Shown here: piece by piece, positions 1 through 10,987 of the stretch
Layout of the letters: every line of letters starts with the position of its first letter
Position numbering within the stretch: the first letter of the stretch is position 1
Assembly (NCBI GenBank): GCA_965208675.1
Contig: OZ242351.1
Coordinates: 4,608,001-4,672,000 of the forward strand
DNA: 64,000 bases
Reading direction: 5' to 3'
Source of the DNA: Candidatus Poribacteria bacterium
GTDB taxonomy: Bacteria > Poribacteria > WGA-4E > PCPOR2b
Notes under the pieces: model-generated
The model's database searches: none
What the model was told of the DNA's origin: nothing
Seen by the model: only the letters and a program-made list of their open reading frames with translations
Made by a program: the position numbers and the translations under genes

Positions 1-1
1 A

Positions 2-2356
2 ACGATTTAGCGCTATCAGCGTGGCTTCAACGATACCGTCGGGGTCAATCCCAAAGTGTTTATAGAGATCGGTGCGCGCGCCAGATTGTCCAAACTCGTC
101 CACGCCGAGCGGTACGACCAGTGATCCGTACACACTGCCTAACCATGCTAGGGCATGAGATGCGCCGTCATGAACGGTGATAATGGGTGCATGCCTTTCG
201 CTTTGTGGAATAAGCCAATCAAAGGGGCCGTGTGTATCCTCCCAATGCATGGTTTGCCAAGCTTCGAACAGGCGGCGGGCGCTCGTCAAGTTCAGCACGT
301 TTACGGCGATTCCCTTCCGATGCAGCGCGTTCACGGCGGCTGCCACCTCCGGAATCATGGTGCCTGTTGTTGCAATGTGAATTAAGCGCTCTTTGGGGCG
401 TACCGGTTCTGCCGTACGCCAATCGACAAGCCTGTAGCCGCCGGCGAGTACCTGCCGCCGCAATTCTTCCTCTCCCAACCGCGCCATGGCTGATGCAAAA
501 AGTTGATTGTCAATGGGTTTAGTAGATAGGCGCAAATAGGTTGAGCGTCCATGTGACCGGTCGCAGCATTGACGAAGTGCGTCAAGCAATATCCACTCTA
601 ACTCCTTGGCGAAGCACGGTTCGTACGCATTCAGCCCGGGCAACTCTGCGCCCAATGATGGGGTAACGGTGGACTGGTGCGCTCCGCCTTCCGGGGACAA
701 CGTTATCCCTGACGGTGTGCCGGCAAAAATGAACTTTGCGCCTGAATACTGCGCATAAATCAGCGCGTCAAGACCGCGACAAATAAACGGGTCGTAAACC
801 GTGCCGATGGGAATCAGATGCTGTCCACAAAGCTCTGCCGACAGCCCGAACATGCCTAGCATCATGAAGAAGTTCATCTCGGAGATGCCCAATTCAATAT
901 GCTGCCCCTGCGGGCTGTACTTCCATTTTCGGAGTTCATTGGCTTCGGTCTCGTAGTCCGGCAATTCCTCCAGTGCAAATACGCCCATTTTGTTAACCCA
1001 ACTCGACATACCCGTAGAAGAGGTCACATCGGGCGACGCGGTGATGATGCGATTAGACAAGTTTGGCACCCGCGTGAGTTGGAGGAGCAGCCGTCCAAAC
1101 GCTTGTTGGGTACTCAATACGCCTTTGGCTGGAATAGAGAGCTTTTCCGGAATTTCATTGGGAGAGAGCGCTACAGGCGGTGCGGTATACGCGGGATAAA
1201 GCTCAGAAGCGATTTCATCGCAGAGTTGACCGGACGAAGAATTAGAATCAAACCGCGCCCAATCATCGTCAGGGGGAACGTCCAATACTTGCCGCAGTTC
1301 GTCAATTTGCTTTTCATTCAGCAGCATGGAATGATTGAGCGGGTGACCGGCAATGGGCAAGCCCCAACCTTTGATGGTGTAAGCGAAAATAATTGACGGT
1401 TGATCGGGCTCTTCGTCTACTTGTGAGAACACGCTCAGCAACTCTTCCATGTCGTGACCGCCGAGGTTGCTCAGTACAGTCGGTAAGGTGGTATCAGGAA
1501 CACTTTGAATCACCGAGGCCAGTTCAGGGTATTTCTCGGCATTACCGTGAAGGAGATGGCGACGGATTTGATCGCCCGGCAAACGAATGACCGCCTGGTA
1601 TTCTTCATTGCTCATTTCATCAATGCGTTGGCGTAATGCGTCCCCGCCGGGCTGCTCGAACAGGTTCTGCAGCGTACGACCGTATTTGGTTTCAAGTACC
1701 TGCCAGCCGCTCTCTTCAAAGAGACGTTGAAGCTGACCGGCTCTAATACCGGGTACGACGCGGTCAAGACTTTGACGGTTGAGATCGACAATCCACAACA
1801 GGTTTCCCAACCCTGTCAGCGATTGCTCTAGGATTGCCTCCCACACGTTGCCTTCGTCCAGTTCGGCATCGCCTATGAGTCCAACAAAACGCCGCGAATT
1901 CGCCTGCCCGAAGTGGGACATTGCATAGTGATGGGCTAAGGCACCAAACGCAGGTGCAACTGCCCCGAGTCCAACCGAACCCGTCGAAAAATCAACAATG
2001 TCCGGATCTTTCGTTCGGCTCGGGTAAGCTTGCAAACCGCCGTACGATCTGAATTGAGACAGGTACTCCCTCGGCAATTGACCCAAAAGGTATTGAATAG
2101 CGTGAAAGACAGGCGATGCATGCGGTTTGACAGAGACCCGGTCGCCCGATTTCAAGAAGTGAAAATAGAGCGCGGTCATGATTGAAACAACTGATGCCGA
2201 TGATGCCTGATGGCCGCCGACCTTCATCCCGTCAGGATTCGTGCGCACCTCGTTCGCATGATGAACGATAAGCGTTGCAAGCCACAACACACGTTGTTGA
2301 ATGGTGTTTAGGGTTTCTATTCTTTTTGGCGAAACCGACCGACGGCGGCTGTCCAA
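2..2356 (-). CDS. Single-chain pyruvate dehydrogenase E1 / transketolase-like ThDP enzyme (AceE-like); stop codon lies just off the window edge
   Basis: Absent from the ORF track because no stop is in the window. Manual translation: GGAGG SD, TTG start at 2356, MDSRRRS...QQRVLWLATLIVHHANEVRTNPDGMKVGGHQASSAS; ThDP motif GDAELDEGNVWEA; C-terminus LGVDEFGQSGARTDLYKHFGIDPDGIVEATLIALNR. Confidence 0.88.
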   Translation of the reverse strand, partial: MDSRRRSVSPKRIETLNTIQQRVLWLATLIVHHANEVRTNPDGMKVGGHQASSASVVSIMTALYFHFLKSGDRVSVKPHASPVFHAIQYLLGQLPREYLSQFRSYGGLQAYPSRTKDPDIVDFSTGSVGLGAVAPAFGALAHHYAMSHFGQANSRRFVGLIGDAELDEGNVWEAILEQSLTGLGNLLWIVDLNRQSLDRVVPGIRAGQLQRLFEESGWQVLETKYGRTLQNLFEQPGGDALRQRIDEMSNEEYQAVIRLPGDQIRRHLLHGNAEKYPELASVIQSVPDTTLPTVLSNLGGHDMEELLSVFSQVDEEPDQPSIIFAYTIKGWGLPIAGHPLNHSMLLNEKQIDELRQVLDVPPDDDWARFDSNSSSGQLCDEIASELYPAYTAPPVALSPNEIPEKLSIPAKGVLSTQQAFGRLLLQLTRVPNLSNRIITASPDVTSSTGMSSWVNKMGVFALEELPDYETEANELRKWKYSPQGQHIELGISEMNFFMMLGMFGLSAELCGQHLIPIGTVYDPFICRGLDALIYAQYSGAKFIFAGTPSGITLSPEGGAHQSTVTPSLGAELPGLNAYEPCFAKELEWILLDALRQCCDRSHGRSTYLRLSTKPIDNQLFASAMARLGEEELRRQVLAGGYRLVDWRTAEPVRPKERLIHIATTGTMIPEVAAAVNALHRKGIAVNVLNLTSARRLFEAWQTMHWEDTHGPFDWLIPQSERHAPIITVHDGASHALAWLGSVYGSLVVPLGVDEFGQSGARTDLYKHFGIDPDGIVEATLIALNR

Positions 2357-2452
2357 ATCCGTCCTCCTACTGCCTGCAGCGAAGTTGCACCTTAGATTGC
2401 CTGTGTGAACACGTTCATAACCCGGCGTATGCTCCAATTCCGAGGTGCCGTA

Positions 2453-3619
2453 TTAGGATTGAAATACGCCTTCCCAACACTTTGTATCCCAAGATTGTTC
2501 AATTGCCGCCTGCACATTTGCGACCGCTAAGGCTTCGGCGAATCCGGGCGCGCCTTGCACACCATCTGCGACGGACTTCAGAAATTGGTGAAGTTCAATG
2601 ACTTTGAGATCTTCATATCCGAGTCCGATACCGGGTCCTGGATTAAACCGCGCGTGGAATGGGTGCTCGGGACCGCCCACGATGCGGGTATAGCCGTCGT
2701 GGGTGCCATCTTCATCGGGGAGATATAAGTCGAGTTCATTCATCCGTTCGAAATCCCAGCTTAGCGCGCCGAGCGTTCCATTTACCTCAAATGCCATCTG
2801 ACACTTTGGACCGCTGATGATACGACACGCTTCAAGTGAACCGTGTGCTCCATTGGCAAACTGCGCCAACGCTCCAACATAGTCTTCGTTGCTGACATCA
2901 CCCATTGGCCCATCTTTGCGGACGGAAAAATGCGTGCCTTCTCCAGGCGTCGCAAGCGGCCGTTGTGGAATGAACGTCTCGCGGCTGCCGACGACGCGTT
3001 TGATAGGTCCTGCGATGAGATGCGCCATGTCCACGACGTGTGACATGAGATCGCCCAAGGTTCCCAAACCGGCAAACTCGCGTTGAAATCGCCACGACAA
3101 CACGCCGTAGGGATTTTTAGCGTAACCCGGAAAGAAGCGGCCTCGATAGTGAGTCAACTCACCAAGCCGGCCTTGTTGAATTAGTTGGTGGGCATACTGT
3201 ACAAGCGGCGCCCACCTGTAATTGTAACCCACAAAACTTAGAACACCCGCCTGGCGCGCCGCGTCTTCAATGTCCGAGGTTTCCTGTGGATTGCGGCCGA
3301 CGGGCTTCTCACAGAAAATATGCTTGCCCGCGTCGGCTGCCGCACGCACGATTTCCAAATGCATGAAGTTGGGGGCGGCGATATTTACAACCTCAACGTC
3401 TGCGTCGGAGATGACCTTACCCCAGTCTGTAGTGTAACGCTCGAACCCGTAAAGAGATTCGGCACGACGTGCACGAACTTCCACCTCATCTGCGCAGACA
3501 ACCAAACGCGGTTGGATTCCGCTGTCTTCGAAGCGATGCGGGATTTGCCGGTAGCATCGGCTATGTGCCGTACCCATCCAGCCTAATCCGATCACGCCAA
3601 TACCAATTGTTCTCCCCAT
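2453..3619 (-). CDS. Gfo/Idh/MocA family oxidoreductase (inositol dehydrogenase-like)
   Basis: GVIGLGWMG Rossmann motif, [18 protein letters not shown]; lies downstream of iolD. Confidence 0.88.
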   Translation of the reverse strand: MGRTIGIGVIGLGWMGTAHSRCYRQIPHRFEDSGIQPRLVVCADEVEVRARRAESLYGFERYTTDWGKVISDADVEVVNIAAPNFMHLEIVRAAADAGKHIFCEKPVGRNPQETSDIEDAARQAGVLSFVGYNYRWAPLVQYAHQLIQQGRLGELTHYRGRFFPGYAKNPYGVLSWRFQREFAGLGTLGDLMSHVVDMAHLIAGPIKRVVGSRETFIPQRPLATPGEGTHFSVRKDGPMGDVSNEDYVGALAQFANGAHGSLEACRIISGPKCQMAFEVNGTLGALSWDFERMNELDLYLPDEDGTHDGYTRIVGGPEHPFHARFNPGPGIGLGYEDLKVIELHQFLKSVADGVQGAPGFAEALAVANVQAAIEQSWDTKCWEGVFQS

Positions 3620-3772
3620 CGTATTTCTCCGATTTCCGTATATTGGCCTTCAGGATTGTGTGTGGAAATGAAAGTTGCTACAGATAGCGGCGTTTGTTTC
3701 AGGTCTTGTATAAGAGTGAGCGAAAACGCCACGATTCGTGGATTGCTCCTACAGAGGCGCTGCTAGTGAATT

Positions 3773-4609
3773 TTATCGCTGCGGCGCCCAACCGCGCGGG
3801 TCGGATGCAGAAAATGGCCAGCCGGCTCCACCAACAACGTGAAATTCTTCCGATTTTCCACAGAGCCAGTAAAACATCTCAGATACCCGAAGAACAGACT
3901 GCCATTTACGGGCAGGACCACAAAAGTAATCGTTCGTATATGAATAGTCGACGCGCGTGAATTCGAAGTCGTCGTCTATAATCCAGTCCCGCTTTGGAGG
4001 CACGGTGCGCCATGAGACCCATTTCAACACATTGCGCGTGGATGAATCGGTCTTTTCCGATTGCCGGTGCCAAATCGAATAGGCTGTAAAAAACACCGAG
4101 CCTGCGGGGCCAACAGTTGCCACTTGACCGGCGAGATGTCCAAAGTGCTCCAACTCCTCCCTAGGAATCGGCACGAGGTGGGAGCCCGGTAGAAATAGAG
4201 TGGGTCCCATCTCTTTGGTGTTTGCCTGCGGAATATAGAAGACTTGAAGCAGGTTACAAGTTCGCTCAAACTTTGAACCGGCGTCCATGTGCCAATTTTT
4301 CGTTTTTTGCGGCCCGGCTAAGCGGTGGTTTGCCATCCAATCCGGCAGTTGAAAACGCTCTCCGAGCAGCGATCTTGCGGCGCCGGCGACCTCGGGATGG
4401 AGCAGTACGTCTTCGATGAAACGCTCCTCTTCAAGCAGCGTCTGGGCGTCGTTGCCTTCCTGATCGAGATACTCGGATACCCAATGATTCGTCCGGTCTG
4501 GAATTACGCCCTCAAGTACGAAAAGCCCTTTCTTGCAAAAGTCGAGCACATCGTGATCGGTCATCGTTGGCTTTATATCGCCGGGTGCCCGCCGCAATTC
4601 ATGTGACAT
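3773..4609 (-). CDS. Phytanoyl-CoA dioxygenase (PhyH) family Fe(II)/2OG dioxygenase
   Basis: WHMD (HxD), MGPTLFLPGSH, IWHR. Start moved to ATG 4609, just after the upstream stop. Confidence 0.85.
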   Translation of the reverse strand: MSHELRRAPGDIKPTMTDHDVLDFCKKGLFVLEGVIPDRTNHWVSEYLDQEGNDAQTLLEEERFIEDVLLHPEVAGAARSLLGERFQLPDWMANHRLAGPQKTKNWHMDAGSKFERTCNLLQVFYIPQANTKEMGPTLFLPGSHLVPIPREELEHFGHLAGQVATVGPAGSVFFTAYSIWHRQSEKTDSSTRNVLKWVSWRTVPPKRDWIIDDDFEFTRVDYSYTNDYFCGPARKWQSVLRVSEMFYWLCGKSEEFHVVGGAGWPFSASDPRGWAPQR

Positions 4610-4613
4610 CTGC

Positions 4614-4976
4614 CTACTCCCATTTTTCGAGGATAAATTCACAGACGATGTGCGTATCTTGGGTATGTCCAACCGGCAACTGAACCGGAAAGCGAATCAC
4701 CCGCCAGCCGTCACTGATTGCCTCCAACGCGGTCTTATAGGGCCAGTCTGCCGGATCGAACGGGCCGTTGGAGACTACTCCGGATTCGACTAGCAGCATA
4801 CCTATCACGTCTGCAGTGACAGCGGTGGTTGCCGTCTGCAAGTAGAGCAGACTCTGGCTTTTGGTATGCTTTGCCGCTATGGCGTAGCCCAAATTACGGA
4901 GCTGGGTTTCCGTCAGAACCCCACAATTGAGTTGCTGTATACATTCTTCTAACAACTGCATGAGGTCGGCATCCAT
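4614..4976 (-). CDS. Hypothetical protein, 120 aa
   Basis: GGAG SD before ATG; 4 bp gap to the PhyH gene; contains WPYKTALEAISDGWRVIRFP. Confidence 0.7.
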   Translation of the reverse strand: MDADLMQLLEECIQQLNCGVLTETQLRNLGYAIAAKHTKSQSLLYLQTATTAVTADVIGMLLVESGVVSNGPFDPADWPYKTALEAISDGWRVIRFPVQLPVGHTQDTHIVCEFILEKWE

Positions 4977-5113
4977 AGCGCTCCAACGACAATGTCGAAC
5001 CCGGGTATCAAATGCTCCCTGGAAATTACCGTCTTGAGAATGGGAAAACCGAGGTTAGACCATCGTACCGTGTCCGATTTTGAAAATTGTTTGCCACCGC
5101 AACGGCGTCCGGT

Positions 5114-7000
5114 CTAATAATGGAAACGCTGCAACGGGAGCCCTTCCTCATACTGTTGGCGCCGGGCTTGGGTCTCCGGATCGCCGCTAGATTCGGCTGC
5201 AGGGATATCCCACCACACGCCAGCATCCGGCAGATAGCGGTGCGGCTCGACATCGACAACAATCACGCAGGTTCCACTTTCATTGCGGGCTTCACGCAAC
5301 GCATGCCGAACACCCTCCGGCGTGGTCACATGCCAAGATTTAGCGCCGAAACTTTCCGCATTCTGGGCGAAGTCTATCTTCATATATGCGCCTTCAAGGC
5401 GGTTTTTCTCCATATCGCGAGAACGGAACTCGTTGCCGAAACTCCTACCAGCGCGTAGCATCTGAAGTGAACGAATGGATTGAAAGCCGTGATTCTCCGA
5501 GATGACGAGCGTGAGTTTCAGGTTTTCCTGCATTGCGGTCACCAACTCGGTTGGATTCATTAGGTAGGTTCCGTCACCTATAAAGACGTAGACCTCACCG
5601 TCCGGCTGCGTCATGCGAACCCCCAAACCCGCGGGAATTTCATAGCTCATGCACGAAAAGCCGAACTCGAGATGACACGAACGGCCGCCGGTTGCATCCC
5701 ACATTTTAAGAAGGTCTCCGGGCGGCGTCCCTGCCGCACCGATGATAGTATCACCGGGTTGTGCCGCGTCGTTGAGCACACTAATAAGTTGTCCTTGGCT
5801 CATCGCCTCGCCGGGCGTCTCTTGGGCGACTTCGTTGTCCAACTGCTCGCGCCATTCGCGATTCAACGCTGCGATTTCTTGCACATAAGCAGCGTTCGGT
5901 TGAATTCCCGCTGTGTCGGCTGCTTTGGTCAAAGCGGCAAGGGCTTCTCGGGCGTCCGCGGTGATTGGCACGCCTCCTTGCTTGTAGGCATCGTGGTTGG
6001 CGACGTTGATGTTTATGAATTTCACGTCCGGGTTGTTGAAGGCGGATTGCGAACCGGTGGTGAAGTCCATCATGCGTCCGCCAATGCTAATGACCAAATC
6101 CGCTTGGCTTGATATTTTGGCGGCGGCGGGAGTGCCGTTGACGCCCTGTCCACCCAAAAGCAGCGGCGACGCGTTTCGCATCGCGCCTTTGCCGGCGGAC
6201 GTTTCGCTCACCGGAACGCCAAATTTATCTGAGAAGGACTGCAGTTCGTTCCAGGCTTCGGAATAATGCACACCGCCGCCGGCGATAATCATGGGGCGAT
6301 TAGACGCCTTCAGCAGTTCCACCGCTTCCGAAATACGCTGTGAATCCGGAGGCCGCCGTTCAACTCGCCACTCGCGCCTTTCAAAAAAGTGGGCGGGATA
6401 CTCGTAGGCGTGCGCCTGTACATCCTGTGGGAGCGACAGGGTCACGGGACCTGTGTCGGCGGGATCGGTGAGCACACGCATGGCTTCGGGCAGCGCCGTA
6501 AGCAATTGCTCCGGCCGGGTGATGCGATCGAAAAAGCGGCTGACGGGGCGGAAGCAGTCGTTGACGCTGACATCCGCCGATACGGGGTGTTCAAGTTGCT
6601 GCAGCACTGGTCCCTGGTATCGTGTGGCGTAGTAGTCCGACGGCAGTAACAAGACGGGCAACCTGTTGGTAACGGCAGTTGCGGCACCAGTCACCATATT
6701 GGTAGCCCCTGGTCCGATTGACGAGGTGCATGCGAGCGCCGCCAGCCGATTATTTGCTTTGGCATAGCCAAGCGCGGCGTGTACCATCGACTGCTCATTT
6801 CGAGGTTGCCGATATGGCAATTCTTGACCATATTCGAAGAGCGCTTGTCCGAGACCGGCGACATTCCCGTGCCCAAAAATGCCGAAGATGGATGGGATAA
6901 GGCGGCGCGTCTTTCCGTCTCGCTCACTGTATTGAACTTGCAGGTATTTGACGAGCGCCTGCGCCATGGTTAATCGGATGGTTCCGGGTGATTGTGACAT
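5114..7000 (-). CDS. iolD: 3D-(3,5/4)-trihydroxycyclohexane-1,2-dione acylhydrolase
   Basis: IRLTMAQALVKYL, GIFGHGNVAGLGQAL, RNEQSMVHAA, TSSIGPGATNMVTGAA, HLEFGFSCMSYEI, GDGTYLM. Confidence 0.95.
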   Translation of the reverse strand: MSQSPGTIRLTMAQALVKYLQVQYSERDGKTRRLIPSIFGIFGHGNVAGLGQALFEYGQELPYRQPRNEQSMVHAALGYAKANNRLAALACTSSIGPGATNMVTGAATAVTNRLPVLLLPSDYYATRYQGPVLQQLEHPVSADVSVNDCFRPVSRFFDRITRPEQLLTALPEAMRVLTDPADTGPVTLSLPQDVQAHAYEYPAHFFERREWRVERRPPDSQRISEAVELLKASNRPMIIAGGGVHYSEAWNELQSFSDKFGVPVSETSAGKGAMRNASPLLLGGQGVNGTPAAAKISSQADLVISIGGRMMDFTTGSQSAFNNPDVKFININVANHDAYKQGGVPITADAREALAALTKAADTAGIQPNAAYVQEIAALNREWREQLDNEVAQETPGEAMSQGQLISVLNDAAQPGDTIIGAAGTPPGDLLKMWDATGGRSCHLEFGFSCMSYEIPAGLGVRMTQPDGEVYVFIGDGTYLMNPTELVTAMQENLKLTLVISENHGFQSIRSLQMLRAGRSFGNEFRSRDMEKNRLEGAYMKIDFAQNAESFGAKSWHVTTPEGVRHALREARNESGTCVIVVDVEPHRYLPDAGVWWDIPAAESSGDPETQARRQQYEEGLPLQRFHY

Positions 7001-7584
7001 TTTCTAGTTGCCTCCTTTTGCTTTGCGTAGTTGGTAGATGGCTAGCTAACATCTATTTGGATTCATAAGGAATAGCGCAAATGTTTGTGAGGAGTAACGC
7101 AATAGGATTTTCCGCCTATTACGGAGATGCGGCGGATTTTCAACCCGTGTGAAATATGAAATTGGCTAAATTTAGTTGCTGCCCAATCCTTTAAAATCGG
7201 TATTCCGAAAAATGATGGTTCGCATGTATTTATAACACAGAACCGAAAAATAAGCAATCCAAAACGGGAACGTTAAATTTTAGGAATCTTAGAAAATTTA
7301 CAAGAAACCTGGCGGTACAGTGCCAGTCTTTACATTTGGAATCGCCGCGTTAAGATCTCATTCGGATGATAAATCGGTTTCTCATTTTAGCACACGATGA
7401 TTGGGGCGGTCAAGCGGCAACCGCGGCGAGAGTCTAATGGAAAAATGGGATTGAAATTGGTGTTCTTTATTGCTAGAATAATTTCAATTGAACGTTTTAA
7501 ACGACATTAGGATGTAGTGTTTTCATGGAGAACCCCGTTTCCTTAACGGTGGATTTAATGAAGCGGGACTTTCGCAGTAACCAA

Positions 7585-7641
7585 CGCGGGGCAAGCGGAA
7601 AACTATCGCCTTCCCTATTCGGTCAGTTGATCCCCGCCTAC
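7585..7641 (-). repeat. GTAGGCGGG-family palindrome carrying one 35-bp GATCAA element (7598-7632)
   Basis: Minus strand reads gtaggcggg[gatcaactgaccgaatagggaaggcgatagttttc]cgcttgccccgc. Compare the empty form gtaggcggggcatctagccccgc at 63392. Confidence 0.85.
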
Positions 7642-7764
7642 GATGGGTGGAGGATTTACCGCCTACAATGGGGGCATCGGCTGAACATACGGGTCGACAC
7701 CCAACGAATCCGGAAAATTCAATCTGAAGTGCGTAAGCCCCAAAAATTATGAAGGATTAGAAGC

Positions 7765-8814
7765 GTGCCCATAAAGTCACATGAAGAATTGAGTGAAATC
7801 GGATCGCGGGTTCTGAGGTCTGCAGGTGCGACCGACGACGTTGCCGACAGAGTTGCGCGCCACCTTGTCGGATCCAACTTAGTGGGTCTGGATTCCCACG
7901 GAATCATCCGTCTAGCTGACTATGCCACCTGGCTACAGGAGGGGAAGATTGCCGGCGACAACCGTATTGAAGTCGTCAGGGACAAAGCCGCAACTTGTTT
8001 AATTGACGCCCACATGTCGTTCGGGCAGGTCGCGGCATCGCAATCTGCGGACATCGCCGTACAAAAAGCGCAGGTGTACGGAATCGGCTTGGTTTCGGTG
8101 AAGAATGCTTCCCACATCGGCCGACTGGGAGAATATGTTGAGGATATAGCGTCGCAGGGATTTATCGGTTTTCTCTGTTGCAACGCGGAAGGAGCAGGTC
8201 AACTCGTCGCTCCATGGGGCGGCAAGGCAGCGCGAATCGGTACGAATCCAATGGCGTGGGGGATTCCCAGCGGCAGGGCGTCAGGAGGCATGGTATTGGA
8301 CATGGCTACGAGCATCGTTCCCGAAGGCAAGATTCGCGTCATGATGCGGAGAGAGGAAGAGATTCCGCATGGCTGGGTGCTTGACTCTCAAGGGCAATCG
8401 ACGTCGAACCCGGCAGACCTTTATGGGCCGCCTGTCGGGGCGATTCTTCCGTTCGGGGAACACAAGGGTTACGGATTGATGTTGGCGATAGAGGCACTTT
8501 CAGGTGTACTCAGCGGCGGCGGGCATGCTCGACCGGCAGTAGCGGAGGCTTGGTTTACGCATGGCAGCACGTTTACAATGATGGCGATCGAAGTTGAATC
8601 ATTTCGTTCGCTAACCGAGTTTACGGACGATGTCGATGAAATGTTAAAACACATGAAAAGTTCACCGCCGACCACTCCCGATGCTGAAGTGCTCGTTCCT
8701 TACGAGATAGAGTCCAGAGAGAAATCGGTAAGGTTAGCAAACGGGATAACGATAGAGGACTCCACTTGGGATAGGGTGGTTCAGATTGCTAGCGAGCTTG
8801 AGATTTCCATTTAA
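7765..8814 (+). CDS. Ldh_2 family (malate/L-lactate/hydroxycarboxylate) dehydrogenase
   Basis: GLDSHGIIRL, HIGRLGEY, GTNPMAWGIP, LDMATS, HKGYGL. Confidence 0.9.
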   Translation: MPIKSHEELSEIGSRVLRSAGATDDVADRVARHLVGSNLVGLDSHGIIRLADYATWLQEGKIAGDNRIEVVRDKAATCLIDAHMSFGQVAASQSADIAVQKAQVYGIGLVSVKNASHIGRLGEYVEDIASQGFIGFLCCNAEGAGQLVAPWGGKAARIGTNPMAWGIPSGRASGGMVLDMATSIVPEGKIRVMMRREEEIPHGWVLDSQGQSTSNPADLYGPPVGAILPFGEHKGYGLMLAIEALSGVLSGGGHARPAVAEAWFTHGSTFTMMAIEVESFRSLTEFTDDVDEMLKHMKSSPPTTPDAEVLVPYEIESREKSVRLANGITIEDSTWDRVVQIASELEISI

Positions 8815-8971
8815 TATCGACTCTACTTACCACTTCCCGGCAGTGACTGTGCCATCGAAAAATAGACGTGAGAATGCAGGCGAAGAACAACGTATCCTTC
8901 CAGTGGACGGTTCTCGCCAATAGCCTATCCGCTAATCTCGTACAGTCGCCGATGCCGTAATCAGCAATTGG

Positions 8972-9787
8972 CTAACGCAGCAAAAATCCAGATTTTCGAA
9001 TTTCCATCGGTTTTTTTCCGGCATGGTATTCGGATTTCTGTCCGCACAGCCAATAGAACATCTCAGCGGCGTCGTTTATGGTTCGATGGTGTTCACGGTG
9101 AAATTTTAGACCGGGCGGAGAGGATTTTGCATGACTCACCTCGAACTTCGGTTGCTGAATCCAGTCTCGCGTTGGTGGCACCGTCCTCGAATACTCATAC
9201 TTCAGTAGGTTGCGAGTCCCGCTCGCAGTGGAGGCGGTGCGGCGGTGCCAAATTCCCCAAATTGTGATGAATATTGAGCCTGCAGGCGCGGCTGTCGACA
9301 CTGCGCCACGGATTTTCTTGTAATGCTGCATATGGGATTGAGAGCAAAAGAGGCAGTGGGATCCTGGCAGCACCTCAGTTGGTCCCATCTCCAAGGGGGC
9401 GTCTTGGGGATAGTAGAACACCTGAAGCATGTCGAACTCGGGGCCGTATACGGCGGCACCATCGCCGCCGCTGTCGATATGCCAGCCGCCCACAGATGCA
9501 GGACATTCTACACGATGGTTGTTCATCCCGCCCGGCAGTCGGAACTCCCTACCTAGAAGTGATCGAATCGCCCCAACTGCTTTTGGGCAGCATATAACAT
9601 TCTCAAAAAACCATCTCTCTTGAAGAATTGCGCTCGGCGTATCCGAAGGATGTTCGTCGAGAAACGCGAACGCCCGCCGATTCACACTGTCCGGGACAAC
9701 ACCTTTCAGCAACAGGAAACCCTTTTTGCAGAAGTCTAGAACCTGCGTGTCGTTCAGCGTCGGTTGACAGTCATAAGTGTTCTTCAT
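8972..9787 (-). CDS. PhyH family dioxygenase, paralog of 3773-4609
   Basis: VLDFCKKG, WHID, LQVFYYPQD, MGPTEVLPGSH, IWHRR, EMFYWLCG shared with the paralog. Confidence 0.85.
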   Translation of the reverse strand: MKNTYDCQPTLNDTQVLDFCKKGFLLLKGVVPDSVNRRAFAFLDEHPSDTPSAILQERWFFENVICCPKAVGAIRSLLGREFRLPGGMNNHRVECPASVGGWHIDSGGDGAAVYGPEFDMLQVFYYPQDAPLEMGPTEVLPGSHCLFCSQSHMQHYKKIRGAVSTAAPAGSIFITIWGIWHRRTASTASGTRNLLKYEYSRTVPPTRDWIQQPKFEVSHAKSSPPGLKFHREHHRTINDAAEMFYWLCGQKSEYHAGKKPMEIRKSGFLLR

Positions 9788-10057
9788 AACGTGATGCCTC
9801 GTTATTTTTCCGACCCAATCTCTGAATCAGAGATGCTTAGTCCGACTATACGGATTGAACCCCGTCCATTCGAAGGTCCATACCAGATTAAAATTGATAC
9901 TTGAATTTATAGTGGGAAAGAGGCGTATCGTTTCGCACTCGGTCTGAATTTCAAAGACACCATGAATCGGCGAATGATTGAAAAATTAAATTAATGCTAT
10001 GCTATCCCCTCCGATAACATGAAGCTGTCGGTAATTGAATGTCCGTGAACGCTAGTT

Positions 10058-10864
10058 TTAATTTTCGTGTACGTCGCTCTTTTTGAAAAATAAATCCTTC
10101 ACGTGTCGAACCCCTTGAGGATTCATGGCATAGAATCCAAACGGTGATAGTTGAACGCATGCTGCCCAAAACTGCTTCCGCAATGCAAAATCTCCCTTCG
10201 TTTCCGTATGTAGTTCCCTTTGATGCAAACCGATGTTCCATGGTAACATTTCACCAAAACCCCACGGATATGCATTGTGCAACTTTAGCAGACGTGCTGC
10301 ACCACGAGGGGTTATGATCCGCGCGCGATCGCCTGCGCCAAGAAAATCTGCATATATTCTGTCCACACTCGTTTGACACATTTTTGATTTTTGACGTTCA
10401 CTATATTCATGACACGGAATCTCCCTGTGTTCAGGAAATTTCGTTGGACAGGGAAACCACCAATCCAAAAAGAGGAGATCTAATGGGATTTCGATAAAGT
10501 CCTGAAGTTGTCTCAACTTATTTTCTAGTTCTCTGAAATTCACGGACAGCAATACATCATCTTCTAGTATGAGCGCCGTCTCACCGTTTTCAACTACTTT
10601 CCGTAAAACCCTGAGGTGAGACCAATGACATGCCAACTGAGTAGGTTCACCCCAATTTTTCCATAACGGCGGAAATGTGTAACAAGAAAAACCATCTGAT
10701 TGCATGGCTTCAGATATTGATTTCAAATCACAAGAGCGTCCATCAGCTGCAGGAAATCGCTCCACTCGATTCGACGGTACTTCCATCAGACGAAACGCAC
10801 ATTGCTGAGCTAGCCATTTATCTGTGCGATGCTTTAAGTTAATCACATACACTTTATCAATCAT
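10058..10864 (-). CDS. Glycosyltransferase family 25 protein
   Basis: VYVINLKHRTDK, RFPAADG, ACHWSHLRVL, LILEDDV; visibly AT-richer than its neighbours. Confidence 0.8.
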   Translation of the reverse strand: MIDKVYVINLKHRTDKWLAQQCAFRLMEVPSNRVERFPAADGRSCDLKSISEAMQSDGFSCYTFPPLWKNWGEPTQLACHWSHLRVLRKVVENGETALILEDDVLLSVNFRELENKLRQLQDFIEIPLDLLFLDWWFPCPTKFPEHREIPCHEYSERQKSKMCQTSVDRIYADFLGAGDRARIITPRGAARLLKLHNAYPWGFGEMLPWNIGLHQRELHTETKGDFALRKQFWAACVQLSPFGFYAMNPQGVRHVKDLFFKKSDVHEN

Positions 10865-10987
10865 TGAAATTCTCCTTTGCTCTTTAGTTTAAAGCCTCCG
10901 CGCTAAAGCTTACCAACCGTAACTGAAGTCCATAAGGTGCCTTCGTTTTTTCGATTATCTTAAAAAGGTGATAGGCATATTGTCCCA

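Noticed and set aside
899-2601. Plus-strand ORFs of the track in 155-2601
   Set aside because: Antisense shadows of the minus-strand E1-like gene and the adjacent oxidoreductase.
7598-7632. Hammerhead ribozyme (CTGA...GAA)
   Set aside because: The core needs CUGANGA and GAAA; here the spacing differs and CT is not conserved (GC and CC variants).
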